64,000 nucleotides of DNA from Azolla caroliniana (lineage: Eukaryota; Plantae; Polypodiophyta). The position numbers and the translations under genes are program-made. Below, one piece after another: positions 14,337 to 28,969 of this stretch. The first letter of the stretch is position 1; the number at the start of each line of letters is the position of its first letter. Under the pieces are notes generated by a model. The model did no database searches. It worked only from the letters and a program-made list of their open reading frames with translations, and was not told the origin of the DNA. The DNA lies in assembly GCA_043228905.1 (NCBI GenBank), contig JBHGNT010000002.1, forward strand, positions 28,086,001 through 28,150,000. Direction: 5' to 3'.

Positions 14337-15169
14337 ACAGTATCAAGGAACGAACAAGATATTCATGTTGAAGAACAAGTTGGGAAATATTGCTTGAATG
14401 CGAAATAGTTTAAATACACCAAGTCACCTTATTAAAATTATATGATTCAAATATATAAACATATGATGGAATGATAAAACTTCCAATTCACAACATTAAT
14501 ATTATGATTCAAGGATTGAGCAATGGGTTCGATGTAGTGTTCGTTAAAACCATTCTTTATTGAAGTTTATCCACACAAGTAGTTTGCTCTCATATGATGT
14601 CTCAACAAGATTGACATCAATGCGCCATTTTGTTAAATGAAGGGTTTTGTAGGAAACTTTATAGGAGTTTATGCACAAAAGTTGTTCACCCCAAATTGAT
14701 GTCTCAACAAGATTGACACTGTGTCATTTTCTATAAATGAAAGATTTTGAAGGAATAAGCAATAACGATTTAAAACTATTGTGATATTGTATGGTTGTCT
14801 TTGGATCCAATTTAAACATAATTAATTTAGTTACAAGATGGCTTTGAATCTCGGACTTATTGAATTTATACTTTCCAAGCAAATAGAACACTTTATTTGG
14901 TGTTTTTGAGGATTAAGAAATTGCAATAGACGTGTTCAACTCATTGTTAATGTTTTTGAGGACTAAGGAAATATAATACGGCTTAATGATAATATATGTT
15001 CATAAGTTCTTATTAAAATGGAATTTTAACTTAATTATGAAAAATGAAATAAAAGTTAATTATCGAGAATCTACATATATACATATATACATATAAATAC
15101 ACACAATGCTTACCATACGTACATTACATACATACATGCATGCGTGCATGCATCATGCATGCATTGCAT

Positions 15170-16130
15170 ACATAACCACTCAAGTTTTGGTTCAAATGAA
15201 GTTGTAGAATGGTGAAGAAGTCAAATCGGTGTTTCTTTATCTAGTCCTATTCTAATGCGTTTGGATGGTTGGTGATGTTTGGAGATGTTTCATCTAGAGA
15301 CATTAGGAGATGTGTGAGGGTGAGCGGTGGGCATAATGATAGAGAGATGTGGAGGTGAGGCAAACTTGTTGAGGGTAAGTGTGTTAGGTGTATTGGGGAT
15401 GATGTCTCAACTTGGTGATCAAAAGTGGGGGCATATCAATTCGAAAATCGATATATGTGCATTTAATGGAGAACTGGCTAGTGAAGTACAAATGATGAGC
15501 CAAGATGGTAGAGAAGGGATCGGGGAAGAAAGTAAGGGTAGAGAGGAAAACCATTAGAAAGTGAAGCATGCACAAGGGAGAAGCAAGTTCTACCATTAGG
15601 GCTCTTCGAGAAACAAATAACAATGAAAAGGCACAAAGGAAAGTCTTAGGGACATAAATAGAGATATCTACACAAATGACTTTATCCACTTATGATAAAG
15701 AGTTCATGTTGAATAAACTAGAGGAAGTCCATCGGTCGGAGTCAAGCGAGTTGATTGATAGGCTATCAAGTGTAGTGGCACTAGTAAAGCAATGTGTGAA
15801 GATGTGCTAAGTGGGTCACGGTCATGGATATTTGGTACCCATTGTCAAGGACGCAATGGGATGGTGTTTTGTCCTTTATGACTTTGAAACTAAGTGTGGA
15901 ATCATTAGGATGCAAAGTTTTGGAGTTCTATGTTGGGGAGGCCAAGAAGAGAATTTTCTCTCTTTTTTCAATCATACTTGAGGATGAAGAAATTTGAGGT
16001 AGAGATGATCCTAGATACTCAATGGTGTGCGAAAATTTGGTTATCCGAGTGTCATGAAACGTATTATTGTTAACGCAGGTTATATCACTCCACAAGTTAT
16101 ATATTGAATACCAAGCATGGCATATTAACA
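15170..16130 (-). mobile_element. Degenerate LTR-retrotransposon gag/pol-like remnant
   Basis: Minus-strand RP*QWVP-like peptide (~15830-15855), coding-like composition, many stops. Confidence 0.25.
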
Positions 16131-16646
16131 ATCATAGTGGAGAGACAGCTTCCCAAAAATACACTTCAATGCTTCTTTATTTCCCAAAATGCCATCACAA
16201 CATTGGTTAATAATTACTAGTAGCACATTTTGAAGATTACCATTGAAGGACATTGGTGGACAAGGGCTTATGAAAATACATAGAGGTATTTATGGACTAA
16301 TAAAGGAAAACTCAGTAGTGTGTACCTTAGAACATAAGATGAACTCATGTAGACCCACCCTAGTTATACAAATGATTGGGCATTATTATAAAGGCCCAAT
16401 TACGCACGCTAGTACTTAATTCATGGATTAATCATTAATGTGCAAAGCACATTAAGGAGTACTTAATCATTAATAATCATCATAAAAAACCCCGCAGCAA
16501 ATATTAATTACTCTAACCATAGGGGCACTCTTTTGAAATAAAAGAAAACCTGAGGACGGGCATCCTCGGTCTCTTGTTATTTCATTTCTCTTATTAAGTT
16601 TCTTACAGTAATAAGTTACTAATAACTAAGGAGGATATATAAGATT

Positions 16647-17582
16647 CTATAACATAAAATTCCAATTAATTCTATTACTATTATTAATAATTCCATAATA
16701 ATGATCATGATCGTGATGATTAGTATTAACGATCTCCTCATTATTACCATTAGTATGATTAGATTTCGTAATTGGATCATTAATCAAGAGATGGGGAGGA
16801 TCATCAGGATCTTTAAACAGGCGACGCGAGATGCGATTAGCATGCTTAATTAGGTGATTAGAGCCGAGATTAGGAGTTGATTCCGAATTGCTAACCAAGT
16901 GAAAAATAGGAGGAGCGTCATTAGGGGGATTCAAATACAGTTGGGATGAATTAATCAGGTTATTAGGGTGTGGGTGGGGAGGGTTAGGTTCTCCTTGGGC
17001 ACTGATTAAGGGATTAGTTGAGTGATTAGGGTGTAGTTGGGCACTAATTAAGAGGTTAACATTGCGATTCGTGGTCTTGTGGTTCTTCCTACATGCACCT
17101 CCAATGGGAACATTCCTTAATGATCCTCCTTTGGTCCAATATCTCCTGCAGCTCTTGCAGAAATGCCTGGGCTGCAATGAACTGTAGTTATTGTAATAGC
17201 AGAACTTGGTGTTGCTTGAATCACATCTTGGGCACCTTGGTGATGATAGAGTATGAGTGCCAATCATTGAATTTTCGGTGCTGCTAATTATTGGATTTAT
17301 TGTAGTAGTGGTAGTAGGATTAGTGCTCATCAAGATTGAATTAGGCTTGATAAACCTTGGATTAGTGTTCATAATCGTTGGAGGATTAGTGTGACGGATT
17401 GATAATATGGGCCTCATATTCGTTGAATCATTCGTCGTTGTCATCACATGATGATGATTCATTAGATTACTGTGATTAGAAATTCCACTGTTGTTATTGT
17501 CACAGTCATTATGATCGCTGCTGCCGCGGTTGTTATGAAATTGTCTCGGTTTGATATCTGCACATTCCTTAATCCCTTCCAT
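16647..17582 (-). CDS. Dof zinc-finger transcription factor (Asn/His-rich)
   Basis: [50 protein letters not shown]; probable 5'UTR intron 17593-17694. Confidence 0.93.
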   Translation of the reverse strand: MEGIKECADIKPRQFHNNRGSSDHNDCDNNNSGISNHSNLMNHHHVMTTTNDSTNMRPILSIRHTNPPTIMNTNPRFIKPNSILMSTNPTTTTTINPIISSTENSMIGTHTLSSPRCPRCDSSNTKFCYYNNYSSLQPRHFCKSCRRYWTKGGSLRNVPIGGACRKNHKTTNRNVNLLISAQLHPNHSTNPLISAQGEPNPPHPHPNNLINSSQLYLNPPNDAPPIFHLVSNSESTPNLGSNHLIKHANRISRRLFKDPDDPPHLLINDPITKSNHTNGNNEEIVNTNHHDHDHYYGIINNSNRINWNFML

Positions 17583-20500
17583 ATATTTAACCCTGAATGT
17601 CTAATAAATCAACGGATTAGCAGATACATGAGACTGCATTAGCAATGTTTAAACTATTCGTGCTTAAAAGTTAGCAAAGAGATTCATTAATTACCTTGGG
17701 GTAATATTATGTTTGGGGGAATGTATAATGGTAATTTGTTTAAAACAAAACAAATTTATATCCGTACTTAATTAAATCCTCAAATCATGACGAGATTCGC
17801 AATTAGCGAGTAGTACTGATTACATCCCACATGAAATTATGTCATTTGGTCATATTGCAGCACATAATTAACAATGATGGAATTGATTGCATATACATAT
17901 AACTAATGGAGGATGAATTCTAAGAAAGTATGTATGTGGAGATGAAATCATTATAATTAAGGTGGCCTAGGGGTAAATAGTAGATAGAATGACTCCTGAA
18001 AGAAGAAGAAGAAGAAGAAGAAGAAGAAGCAATGACTTTAAGGAGTATTGCGGAGTAATAATGTGAGTGAGTGGTCGTGTCACGTGAGGCTTGATGACAT
18101 GTCATAGGGTCTAGTTACTAAGCTAATAATACAAGATTAGGGGGCTATATATATAATTAAACTTACCTTTTAAAAAGCATTTATCGCTTATGTGCGCACT
18201 AGGTCCTTCTTACACTTTACCCCTCCAACATTTCTATGTGTCATTCTTTTACCCTTAAGAGGTCTGTATATGTTAACTACAACTTGTACCAATGCCACTA
18301 AGAAGCCACACGGCGTGTCATGTCTAGTAAGTTCACTAAATTCATCATCCATACGCCATACTCGTGATACTTGCAGAACATTAATGTGCATTAGACCGCC
18401 ATGCCATACGGCAAGTTAGATTATCAATATGTTAGTTTGTTCATTATCTTTGTGCAAATCAATGACAAAGCATCTCATCTGCACCTCTCATCACATCTAT
18501 GACTTCACCAATATATTTCATGTGTCATTGTTGGATCCTTGTGCTTCTAGCTTCTTCCCAAATCGAGTTATTGATAATGGAACAAAGTACGAGCTTGATT
18601 CTACCATTATATTTGGGATAATTACTTCATGTTACCCTAGCCAACATGTTCCATTGTATTCATGGTAATCATTGTAACATTTTAGATGGTCATTGGTAAC
18701 TTTAGTAGTTGGTTGCATGATAACCAAATAGCAAACATGCACACTAGCCAAGTGAGAGGGATGCTTGAAGGCTATGTTGTGATCATGCGTAAGACTAGAG
18801 ATAGTGAATTTAGGAGGGTTTCAATGTTTAAAAACAAATCTAGTTAAATAATAGTACTCTTCGACTAACTCGTTCTAAACTAATCTTGTAATTCTGGTAT
18901 ATGGTAAAGATTTTATTTATTTATTTTTGTCTTTGGATTCAGTATTAGTATTTATTTTTCTTTCCTCATTATCACTAGAGGAATGGCAAGGTGATTGATA
19001 GTGTTGCGTTGTTTTCAAATATCAACTTGTTAATGAGGCCTCTTTCCATCCTTTTTAGCCCATGCGCACTTACCTTTCCTTCAAATAGCTCTACCATTAG
19101 AGAATCAACCATGATTGTCCAATTATAGTTGCTACATTAGTTATATTGGATGAGAAAGAAAGAAAGTATCACAACACATGCTTTCTTTCTCATCCATTTG
19201 AGCATCTCTATCTTGATATGAATGTCTCCCACACTTATGAACGGCAATTGCTTAACCATCTACATTCATCCTCATAATACATTAGAAGGAAGACATATTT
19301 AAATGAACCATAACACATTATCTTTCTTGTGGTTGATTAACTTTTGTACTTAATATGCATCGACAAAACTACAAGAGTTAATTTACCATAACTATCAAGT
19401 TCCCCTTGGGAGGGGGAAAATTTTCGATTAACTTCTCATATTATTTTGAGCATGTTCTTTGTAGCCAGTATATACTTGTTAGGATGCTCCTTATCTATAA
19501 ACTATGACTATGTCGAAACTCATAAAGCACAAGATGGCTATAGTATATAAAATAAGTTTTTCATTGAGCTACAATTCGTGGTTCATTTGCAAGGCATGTG
19601 CTTAAATCACACAATATTTCTTTGTACATGAACAAATTACCTTCTTGAAAGTGTCACCTTTGCATTCTAATGTTGTGATCATTTTGAAACTTTGCCTAAA
19701 AAGTGAAACATTGTTTTCCTAGGGGGGGAGAGAGTGTGTTTATCTTCCTAATCAAGTATGGGAACTAAACTTGGGGAAAGCTAACCCAAATGTGATCAAA
19801 GGTGGAGCACTAGTGTAGAGTGCGATACTAAGACTCAAGAACTTTTAATGAGAGAAACAATGAGAGATGTGAGTAAGGTATATGGAGATGATGGTGGGCA
19901 TGGGGATGAGCTTTAGGATGCCCCTTTAAGCTTGACTATGCTAGTGAGCAAAGAGCTTGGTTTTCGCTTTACTCAACTTTAGCTTTGAAAATTAGGTTGA
20001 CATAAGTCGTGCTCTTGAAAAGGATATGATCTTATTTGTGTCGAGATCTTCACTACTTAGTGATTAGTGTGTATATGCCATAATATAGACAAGGTTCTAT
20101 ATTTTAATGTCATTAGGGAGCCTCCATCTCATGCATGGTCTCTAACCATGCAAACATAGCACACCTATGTCACACACCACTTCATGGCTATGAGTTGGTG
20201 TACTATTCCATTGTGATAAACAATCTCTTGTATGATACACATCTTAGTCCATGAGTTTGCGCCATCTATTAAATGTACAATATGGTTTCGAATTTCTATT
20301 GTATATTCCATTTATCATTTCTACTATTGCTTATGGGTTCAATACCTCACCTTATCAATTCTTAAACTCCATGTTCTGGGTGTAGAGGTAAAGCCCACAT
20401 TTCACAACATTAGCACTAAAGATTCATGACTTAGCAATAGGTTGAAATGGTGTATACATTGTATAAACTCTTCATAATTTTAGTTTAAGATAATCTAAAA

Positions 20501-22092
20501 GCCTAGGGATTTGCTCCTTAAAAAGGGTTAGAACTTTGGAGATGGTCATTTTTGTTCATATTAAGAAGATCGCAAACCATTACCTCCCTTTTATGTATGT
20601 ATTATGTGTTTACATTGTTTTTTCATCATTGGTGTAAGCAAATTTATCTTTTTCAACTCTATGGTAGTTCATTAACTATTAGTGTGAAGTATCATACTTC
20701 ACAAGAACTTGTGCATAAGTTATATCCAAGAGAAGATCTCATATCGTGGCCTCAAAAAGAAGTTACAAGTTATGGTTCAAACTTCAAATTATGAGAACAA
20801 TGTATCTAAGGAGTATCCCCTTCTTACCCTTTGAAGTCCCAACATGATGAGCCATTTGTGTCATGATGTTCCTTTTCTTTATACCAAACAAGAAGTTTAT
20901 TTTTACCATTTCCCAAATTGGGTGAGAATGTGGTTTATAATTTCCATTGTTGTCTCCCATGTGGCAATGCAAGGGATATTGAAGAGAATGTTAGACCCCA
21001 TTTCAAGCAAATTGAATTCGAAAGATTGAAGTGACTAGTTCTCCCAAAATAAGCTTCTCATTACACTTTGATAACCTCAATTAATGTTAAGAAATCACAT
21101 CTTCTTTCTCTTACTATATACAATTCCACTAATTGAATCACGAAGATATTAATCAAAACCAAAAAAAGTTGGAGATTTTTTTGGAAAAAAGAAGAAGAAG
21201 TTGGAGTTTCCCATATTTGCTAACATGACATTGAACTCCCACCTTTTAGTAAAGATAATTGAAAGAAATGCTAGTGTCAATGAAAATGCATAGGACGTTC
21301 CCAGGTTACCCAAGAAACTTTGGCTCCTAAGAATATCTCCTTTCAGGAGGGGTTATGAGTACAACAATAATGCATTGCTCATGCAACATGTGCATTTGAA
21401 ATGTCATCGCGAATTTGCACATAAACATGGACATGCAACATTATATTAACATATGTGGCCCCATTGTAGAAAACTATTAGATACAAGAAGATGCATAACA
21501 TCACGAGACATTGATTGGCACCATATTCTTCTGATCTTGAGGGTACAATAACATCTTGCCTCGGGATGGATGGATTTTTAAATGGTTTACTTTGAGAAGA
21601 GGGGTGGTGCTCATATTCATAGATTAAAGGTCACAATCATTTTAAAGAGAAAATAGTAAGATTCCCACTAGACTCATTTCATATGGAAATGTCAAGATAG
21701 CACATTGTATCTAAGACCAATAGGCAGCAATTTACAATGTTGTAGAAGTCAATAACAAGGGCATGGAAATTAGTATGTCAATAATGGAGGATCCAATTAA
21801 AGCAAATATCATGACACAAATAAACATTTGCATTCTCCATATTCTAAGGTGATACTTTTCTATGAAAAATTTAAGCACGGAATTATGCGGGAAGAAACCA
21901 ATACAACCACTTTGACGCATGAAAAGGTGAAGAATATATTGAAAGGAGTAAAGCAACAGAAAAAGACACATGTTTATGCATGAGATTGCTATCCGATATG
22001 CCATTGCACTTGTTCATGCATGGGTGAAGAGAAAGCATTTGAGCATACGACAATGATCTACACAAACAGCAATTATTATTAGTTGTAAATGC

Positions 22093-22262
22093 ATGCATTT
22101 GTTACTATGGAGGATGTGTGGTTTAGAACCACATGCACATAAGTGTTTGTTGAAGGCTGAAACCCTATGGATTTAGAACATGCATTTGTTATTGTGGAAG
22201 ATGGATGATGTAGAACGGCATTCACATGAGTGTTTGTTGAAACCCTAGGATTATAAACATGT
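22093..22262. repeat. Imperfect ~85-bp tandem duplication
   Basis: atgcatttgtta.t.tgga.gatg..tagaac..cat.cacat.agtgtttgttgaa..aaacccta x2. Confidence 0.7.
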
Positions 22263-23052
22263 CATAAATTGATTAATAAGAAAAGTAATATGCACAGGAA
22301 TCCAAGATAGTAAATGCAAGTTTTATGAAATCTTACAAATAACTTATTGTTCAAGTTCATTGTCGTTCATCTAGATTAAGTGTGAGCAGGTTTATTAAGC
22401 CTACATTTATGAAATCGTCATGACTTCCCAATACATTCTAGCGAAATTTTTGGATGGCAATTTATTTTGCAATGAAACCAATACATCATTGTAAAAAAGT
22501 GTCAAGGGAGCATGAATTTAAAGTGGGTTGTTTTTTAGTAGCATTACGTAACCCTTCTAAAGTTTTCTTTCTTTTCTTTTCTTTTCTTTTTTTAATACAA
22601 AATATCCTCCATTGGTATGTGGATCTAAACTAAATAATTGTAACTTTGTAAGGCCTACATAGAAAACACAAAATATTGTTTTGAAAGCAAGGTAAGCCAT
22701 CTTGTTAACCATGTGACGAAGGAAGATATTGAGATATAAACAAGAAGTTATTGCATATAGAGAGGTATACACAATAATTCGTCATAGATCAATGTCTTCA
22801 TGAATGATGCCAATTTCATGTCCTCTTCTAAGCGATAAACATAACTTAACAAAATGGCTGGTTTGGACAAATATGTTTCAAATGCCATTGTCATTATAAA
22901 AACATTCATGTTCTTACCATACATGATAGCAAAGTTGAAGCAATTGTGATATGATATTTACATTCACAATATATTTCTTTTTCAGCATTCATATGTTCAA
23001 GTCTAAGTTTAATGGAACCCCAATGTGTTTCAATGAGAATAAACAACATCCT

Positions 23053-24706
23053 AATCATTCCCTTGATATTTTTCGACAAGATAAGTTTTTTAGGGGTATC
23101 ATGAAGGCATGGTGGGATTTGAAACATAACTTGGTCCAATCTCTACCATCATGTATGGAGGAATGGTTGTGACAACCCCTTATAATGAACCCATTATTTC
23201 TATCTGAGGAAGGAGGAATGTTAGGAAAAAGAACTAGGTTGAAATGGGCTAATTTTGATAGAGGAGAAAGTTGGATCGGTAAGGAATTGCCTGTATTTTT
23301 CTTCTTCGTCGATTGAAAACAAAACCTAGATTTGTCGCACAATTTGGGGTGGAAACATTATGTATACAGAAATTGATAGAGTGTTTATGATGCATTCCTT
23401 TCAACCTTCTCAAAGTGGTCTATTTTGGTATGGTATGTTTTCATCTTTACATGTCTTGTTGGGGGTCAAAGCTTATAAAAACTCTCATGATTGTCTATAT
23501 TTCGATGTTTTGCGGTCTGGACGGCTTCATTCTATCGTTATGGAAGACGAAGTTGTATCTCAAGGGAGTATGTTGCCTGTTCTTATATTGTGGAAAAATG
23601 ATAAAAAATGGATGTTGAATCCACACCCAAATGATATAAACAATTTATCTGAATTGTGGGTCTACGAGAATAAGCCTATTGACAAACTTTTGTGGGATCC
23701 CAATGAATGGAAATGGCAAAGTATATTACCACAAGGAATGTTAGGCAAGCAAATCCCATTTTTACCGAGTACTGAAAAAATGGGTAGAGAATTGCTAAGG
23801 AGGCGTGTGGTTGTTACGCCAGCAGCATGTAAATTTTGGAACTTGGGTAATGTACGACACTCTTGGTTAAATGCTTATTGGAAATGGCTATGGGCCATGG
23901 AAATTCCTAGAAAAGTTGTCTTGTTTAGATGGTTGTTGGTACATTATGGCACCCCTGTGAAGTCATGGATGAAGGGGCATTGCCATTATTTAAAATGTGA
24001 CAATTGTGGTTTTCCCAATGAAACGATGCACCATGTTTTATGGGTATGTCCTATAGCTAGAGTAGTATGGAAAAGAGTGTTGAGAATTTTGTATCCTATT
24101 TATGGTAAACATGTGTGCACATGGGGTTTTGTGAGATGGGGAAGGTTGGCTGAAGAAATACATAATTATGAAAGGGGTTGTGTTGATTTTCTTCTCCTCT
24201 CTTATGGAAGACAGGTGTTGGAGGCCTCTTATACTACACCAATGCATTGTTTGAAAGAAGACAAGGTTTGGTCTACTATATCTTCTTTAGTAGTTTGGAT
24301 GTTATGGAAGGCAAGATGTAAGTGTGTATTTCAGAATGTCAAACCAAATGCAGTTGAGTTAGTCAAGGAGATATGGTTGATGCTCCTGCATACTCTAAGA
24401 GGTCAATATGAAGCAATACATGGTGAGCCTAATGTTGTGTTTCGCAAGCAACAACAATTTCGCGAAATTTGGAAAAAGGCAGAGGTCTTCACCTATTTTG
24501 GGGACAGAATAAAATGGAGATACGCTCCACCAAGATGGCTTTTTCCGCCCCCTGTCTTGAAAAGACCTTGCATGAGGGTTTCCACTACTAGACATGTTGA
24601 TTCATGTGGGTAGGAAGGTTGTAATAGATTGTATGGATACTTTGTAGCCTTTGGGCATCTTTTCATTAATACCACGGTGAATCTTGACTTTTAAAAATAA
24701 AATAAA
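23053..24706 (+). mobile_element. 5'-truncated LINE (L1-clade-like) 3' end with zf-RVT region, A-rich tail and TSD
   Basis: ORF 23360-24613 contains WKWLW..KVVLFRWLLVH..CDNCG..ETMHHVLWVCP..WMLWKARCK. Upstream stop and frameshift. (TAAAA)n tail 24692-24710. Near-identical flanks aataaacaaca(t/c)cc at 23038 and 24707. Confidence 0.88.
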
Positions 24707-27254
24707 AATAAACAACACCCCTACAACATAAATCCATGATATCCATTTGTGCAATGCACTTCTATCTATGAATGAACTTTCTTGTTTCACAACTACAAGA
24801 AGATAAAGCTCCTATATATTAATAAGAAGGATTGTATCCCCTCAATCAAATTGAAGTTGTCCCCTTAAAATATGTTTTATTTCTAATTGTCCCTTTGAAA
24901 TGTTTTTTAGCATTTGAGATTCTTAATGACTGATATGTGGTCTTTTTGGGGCGTTCCTTTATTTTATCCCTTGCATTCACAACATAGAACAAAGCTATTC
25001 AACATTTGATGATCTTAATGATTAATGAAATTATGAATGGATATCTTGACCCTGTAATTGCAAATACAAAAAAAGATATAATATGATATTTTATGTCTTT
25101 TTCTCTAAAGCACAATCATGTGCATGGAAAAAGGTTCCCTCTCCTGTGTTTTCAAATTTTCAGCAACCAATTAATTTAAAACTTTTAGCAAAATTTTGAA
25201 AGTAACAATTCACAATTGAGAGGGAACCATTGTATATGTTCATGTTTTTAACCTAAAACTTATGGAGAAACAAATGGAAAGTAAATCAAGTTTTCCCCCA
25301 TCTAAATCTTAATCACACTTTTAAATTAAAATACATAACATAAAGATGTCACGACATCATAACAATTTCTTAGTGCCATGTGTAGATGGTTGTTATTCTT
25401 CTCATGAACATTGTTGTTCATCAGGATTGCAAGTCAAGAAGAGCTTTGATCACCTCCTTGCACCAATTGGAGCAATTGCCACAACGGAAGAGAGACCTAG
25501 CAATAAGGTAGAACTATCTACATGATGTTTGGGGTTGGTGGTAACATAGAAGGTGTTGTGAGTGGTATGGTTGGATTCTTAGTAGCCAACGGTGTTGGAT
25601 TCTCACCATGCTCATATACTATTGTTACAAGCCCTATCTTGATGCACATGGCCAATGATAAAATAAAACGGGTCAACCAAGTGTTGGAAACTATGTCAAG
25701 AACATTTACATTTCTTATCATGATAGACTCCATTTATCCAATAAATTGCTAGAGTTAGCTCAAATTGACACCACCCTCATAAGAAGATGAAGCCCTCTCC
25801 AAAAAACAATAGTTAAAACAAATGTGAAGCCAATATTGAAGTAGATGGCCTAGGGATTCTTGGCCATGTGCATCAAGATTGGGCTTGTAACAATAGTATA
25901 TGAGCATGGTGAGCCACACATGTGGATGCATAATTATGATCCAACTAAAGGCGCAATACTTACCGGTACTCCCCATATGATAGGTGACCACAATGCATAC
26001 GAGAGTGTAGTCAGAACCCCATGTACACTCTAGCTTGGTACTTTGGTAAGTGATGTACAATTTGATTTTACTTCATGTTCTCTTTATTATAGTACTTACA
26101 GTGCGTAATGATATTGTGCCACACTTTATTGTATTATATATAAAATGATCTAGTAAATTATGACAAAACATAATGCTCTCGTACTGCTCCCTTATTGTCG
26201 TTTGTTAAATGCATGGTGAACAAACCACATGGAATGTTCATAAACTTGAAGGATAGTGTTTGTTAAATACATTTAATTCATGTTCCCAGTAACTATATAA
26301 TTGTTGTATAATAATATGTGTTCACGAGTATTTGATTCACTAGATTCTTCATTGTCCCCCATAGAATATAGAAATAATTCTCCCTCTCTTATACACCAGG
26401 AAGCACACACGCACACACTAACTTCCAACCAGAAATACAATTGAAGGAAGTGGAAAAAGATGTGGAAAACCAAATTTTAATGTTCAAAGTGGATCTAAGA
26501 TAATCGAGAAGACATATTATGCTTTGTCATGATTCAATAGATTCCTTGGTGAATGATGCTTTATTGCAACGAAATTGTATAATTGCTCACTCGTTGCACA
26601 GTATGTTATTACCTACATATATAATTCCAATGTGAATCCATATTATGTTCTAAACACACAATAGATACTCCCCATATGTATCCTAGAGCCTATTAAGATA
26701 ACAAGCTCAACCACACAACATTCACATGCCTCTTGGGGCAAATGTGTGTGTTAAAGTTCACCTAATTCACAAAGGTAAAGGTAAGTAAAGTGAAAACCAA
26801 GCTCTTTGTCCATGGGCATAGTCAAGCTTAAATGACCTATTAAGATAACAAACATGTGTTTCACAATTGACATTATAAATGGATGATACCTTTATATTGA
26901 ATCCAAGGGATACTTTTAATATCTCACAGACTCTTCTCCCATTATTAGTAGCTTAATCGTAGGTTATATATGTACTCACATAGAAGTCTTATATAAACCA
27001 TGACCCCCCTCTTGTATAGAATATTACAATGATGAGAGCACACCTAATCAAATATTCATCAACACCTTACAAGATTAGGGAGGCTTGGTTTTTATAAGAG
27101 TTCCATGCAATTACACTTATAAGTCAAAATAAATCTGGAATCTACAAATGGACAGATGGTTGATGTTGAAAATGAAGCAGATTTTCAATAAAGATGGTGT
27201 TGGAGGGGGAAGCAATTTTTTATGAGTGCCTGAGGAGAGTATTCATTGGCATTA

Positions 27255-28310
27255 GGTTGAATCTAAGTAGGTTGAAGATGGGGAATAGAAGAGTGGTTTG
27301 GCTTTGCTCGGGGAAGTCATCCTTATGGGATTTTTATTTTTATTTATTTATTTAATTTTTGATTTGTGCTTGTCACAAAGATGGATGATGTTACAAGATG
27401 TTGAAGCAGTTCTAGGGAGTGACAGGGAGGCTAGATTATGTTTCAATTCTTTTCGAATTTGGGGAGTGCTTTGCTCAGTTGTTTGGGAAGGATGATTGGA
27501 GTCATATAGTCAAAAGGTAGTGTACTAGGATGTATACATTACGTTGCAAGTCTTATGATTGCTGAGTATGAACAGGTTGAATGGGGAAAATAGAAGATTG
27601 TCTTAAGATGCAGCTACCGTGTGTACGTTGAAAGTGGAAAATAGAAGACTGGTTTGGCTTTGCTTGGGGAAGCCATCCTTCTGGGAAAATCTTCTTGCTT
27701 GTGACAAAGATGGATGATGTAAAAGGATGTTTGAAGCAATCCTAGGGAGTGACAGAGAGGCTACAATATGTTTCAAGTACTTTTCAAATTTGGGGAATGC
27801 TTTTCTCATTTTTCTGGGGAGGATGAGTGGAGACAAACTGTCAAAAGGTATTGTATTAAGATGTATACATTAGATAGTAGGTTTTATGTATTGCTACTTA
27901 TGAGCAAGTTGAATGTGGAAGATAGAAGACTGCATAAAGATGCAACAACTTTGTGTACGTTGAAAGTGGAATTAGAAGATTGGTTTGGCTTTGCTTGGGG
28001 AAGTCATCCTTATGGGGATTTTTTTTATTTTTGCTTTTGTTCCTACTTTATGTACATTGAAAATGGAAAATTACAAGAGTGGATTGGCTTTGCTTGGGGA
28101 AGCCATCCTTAGGAGAAAATCTTTTTACTATGGGGCAGAGTTGGATGATGTTTAAGGATGTTGAAGCAGTCTAGGGAGTGACAAGGAGGATAGATTATGT
28201 TTTATTTTCTTTTCAAATTTGGGGAATGGTTTTTTCTTTCTCTAGGGAGGATGAGTGGAGACAATTGGTAGCATGTTTTAGGTGTAGCTAACTATGTGCA
28301 GGTTGAAGAA
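27255..28310 (+). repeat. Diverged tandem monomers (~330-355 bp, ~3 copies plus a partial) at the 5' end of the retroposon
   Basis: Landmark gg(t/a)ttggctttgct.ggggaag.catcctt at 27295, 27651, 27982 and 28081; ctagggagtgaca in three copies. Confidence 0.9.
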
Positions 28311-28377
28311 GGATGGTGTTTCACAATGCAACTTCTTTGTGTGGGGGCCATTACTTATCGGCTCATTTAGTCTGCCA

Positions 28378-28968
28378 GGATTAAACATGTCTGATGGGAC
28401 AGACTCTCATTATTTTCATTCCGGTGCATGTGGTTACCATTGCATGTGGGACTCTAGGCTTTTTAGTTATGGCGAATGGGAGGATCTATGCTTCTTGTTG
28501 TCCAATGCAAGATGGTGGATTGAGCACAAATTTGATGGTTTTCGTTATGATGGTGTAACATCAATGATGTACACTCATCATGGACTACAAGTTTCCTTTA
28601 CTGGGAATAACAATGAATGTTTTGGAATGGCTACAGATATAGATGCTTTGAATTACCTCATGTTGGCAAATGAAATTATCTATGCTTTATAGCCAAATGC
28701 CATTATTGTTGGAAAAAATGTAAGTTGAATGCCTACCTTTAGTCTCCCTGTTGGAGATGGAGGTGTTGGTTTCGACTATAGGATGCATAAGGCAGTTGCA
28801 GACAAGTGGATTGAATTGCTAAGAAAAAAGACATGCTGAGAAAATGTGTTGTTTATGCTCAAAGCCATGATCAGGCTTTAGTTGGAGACAAGACAATTGC
28901 ATTTAGCCTGATGGACAAGGATATGTATGGCTTTATGGCCCTTGATGGACACAACACCAACAATTGAT
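28378..28968 (+). pseudogene. SBE2: Processed fragment of starch branching enzyme (SBEII-like, GH13)
   Basis: [100 protein letters not shown]. Contains stops and an internal deletion, and no introns. Confidence 0.92.
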
Positions 28969-28969
28969 A

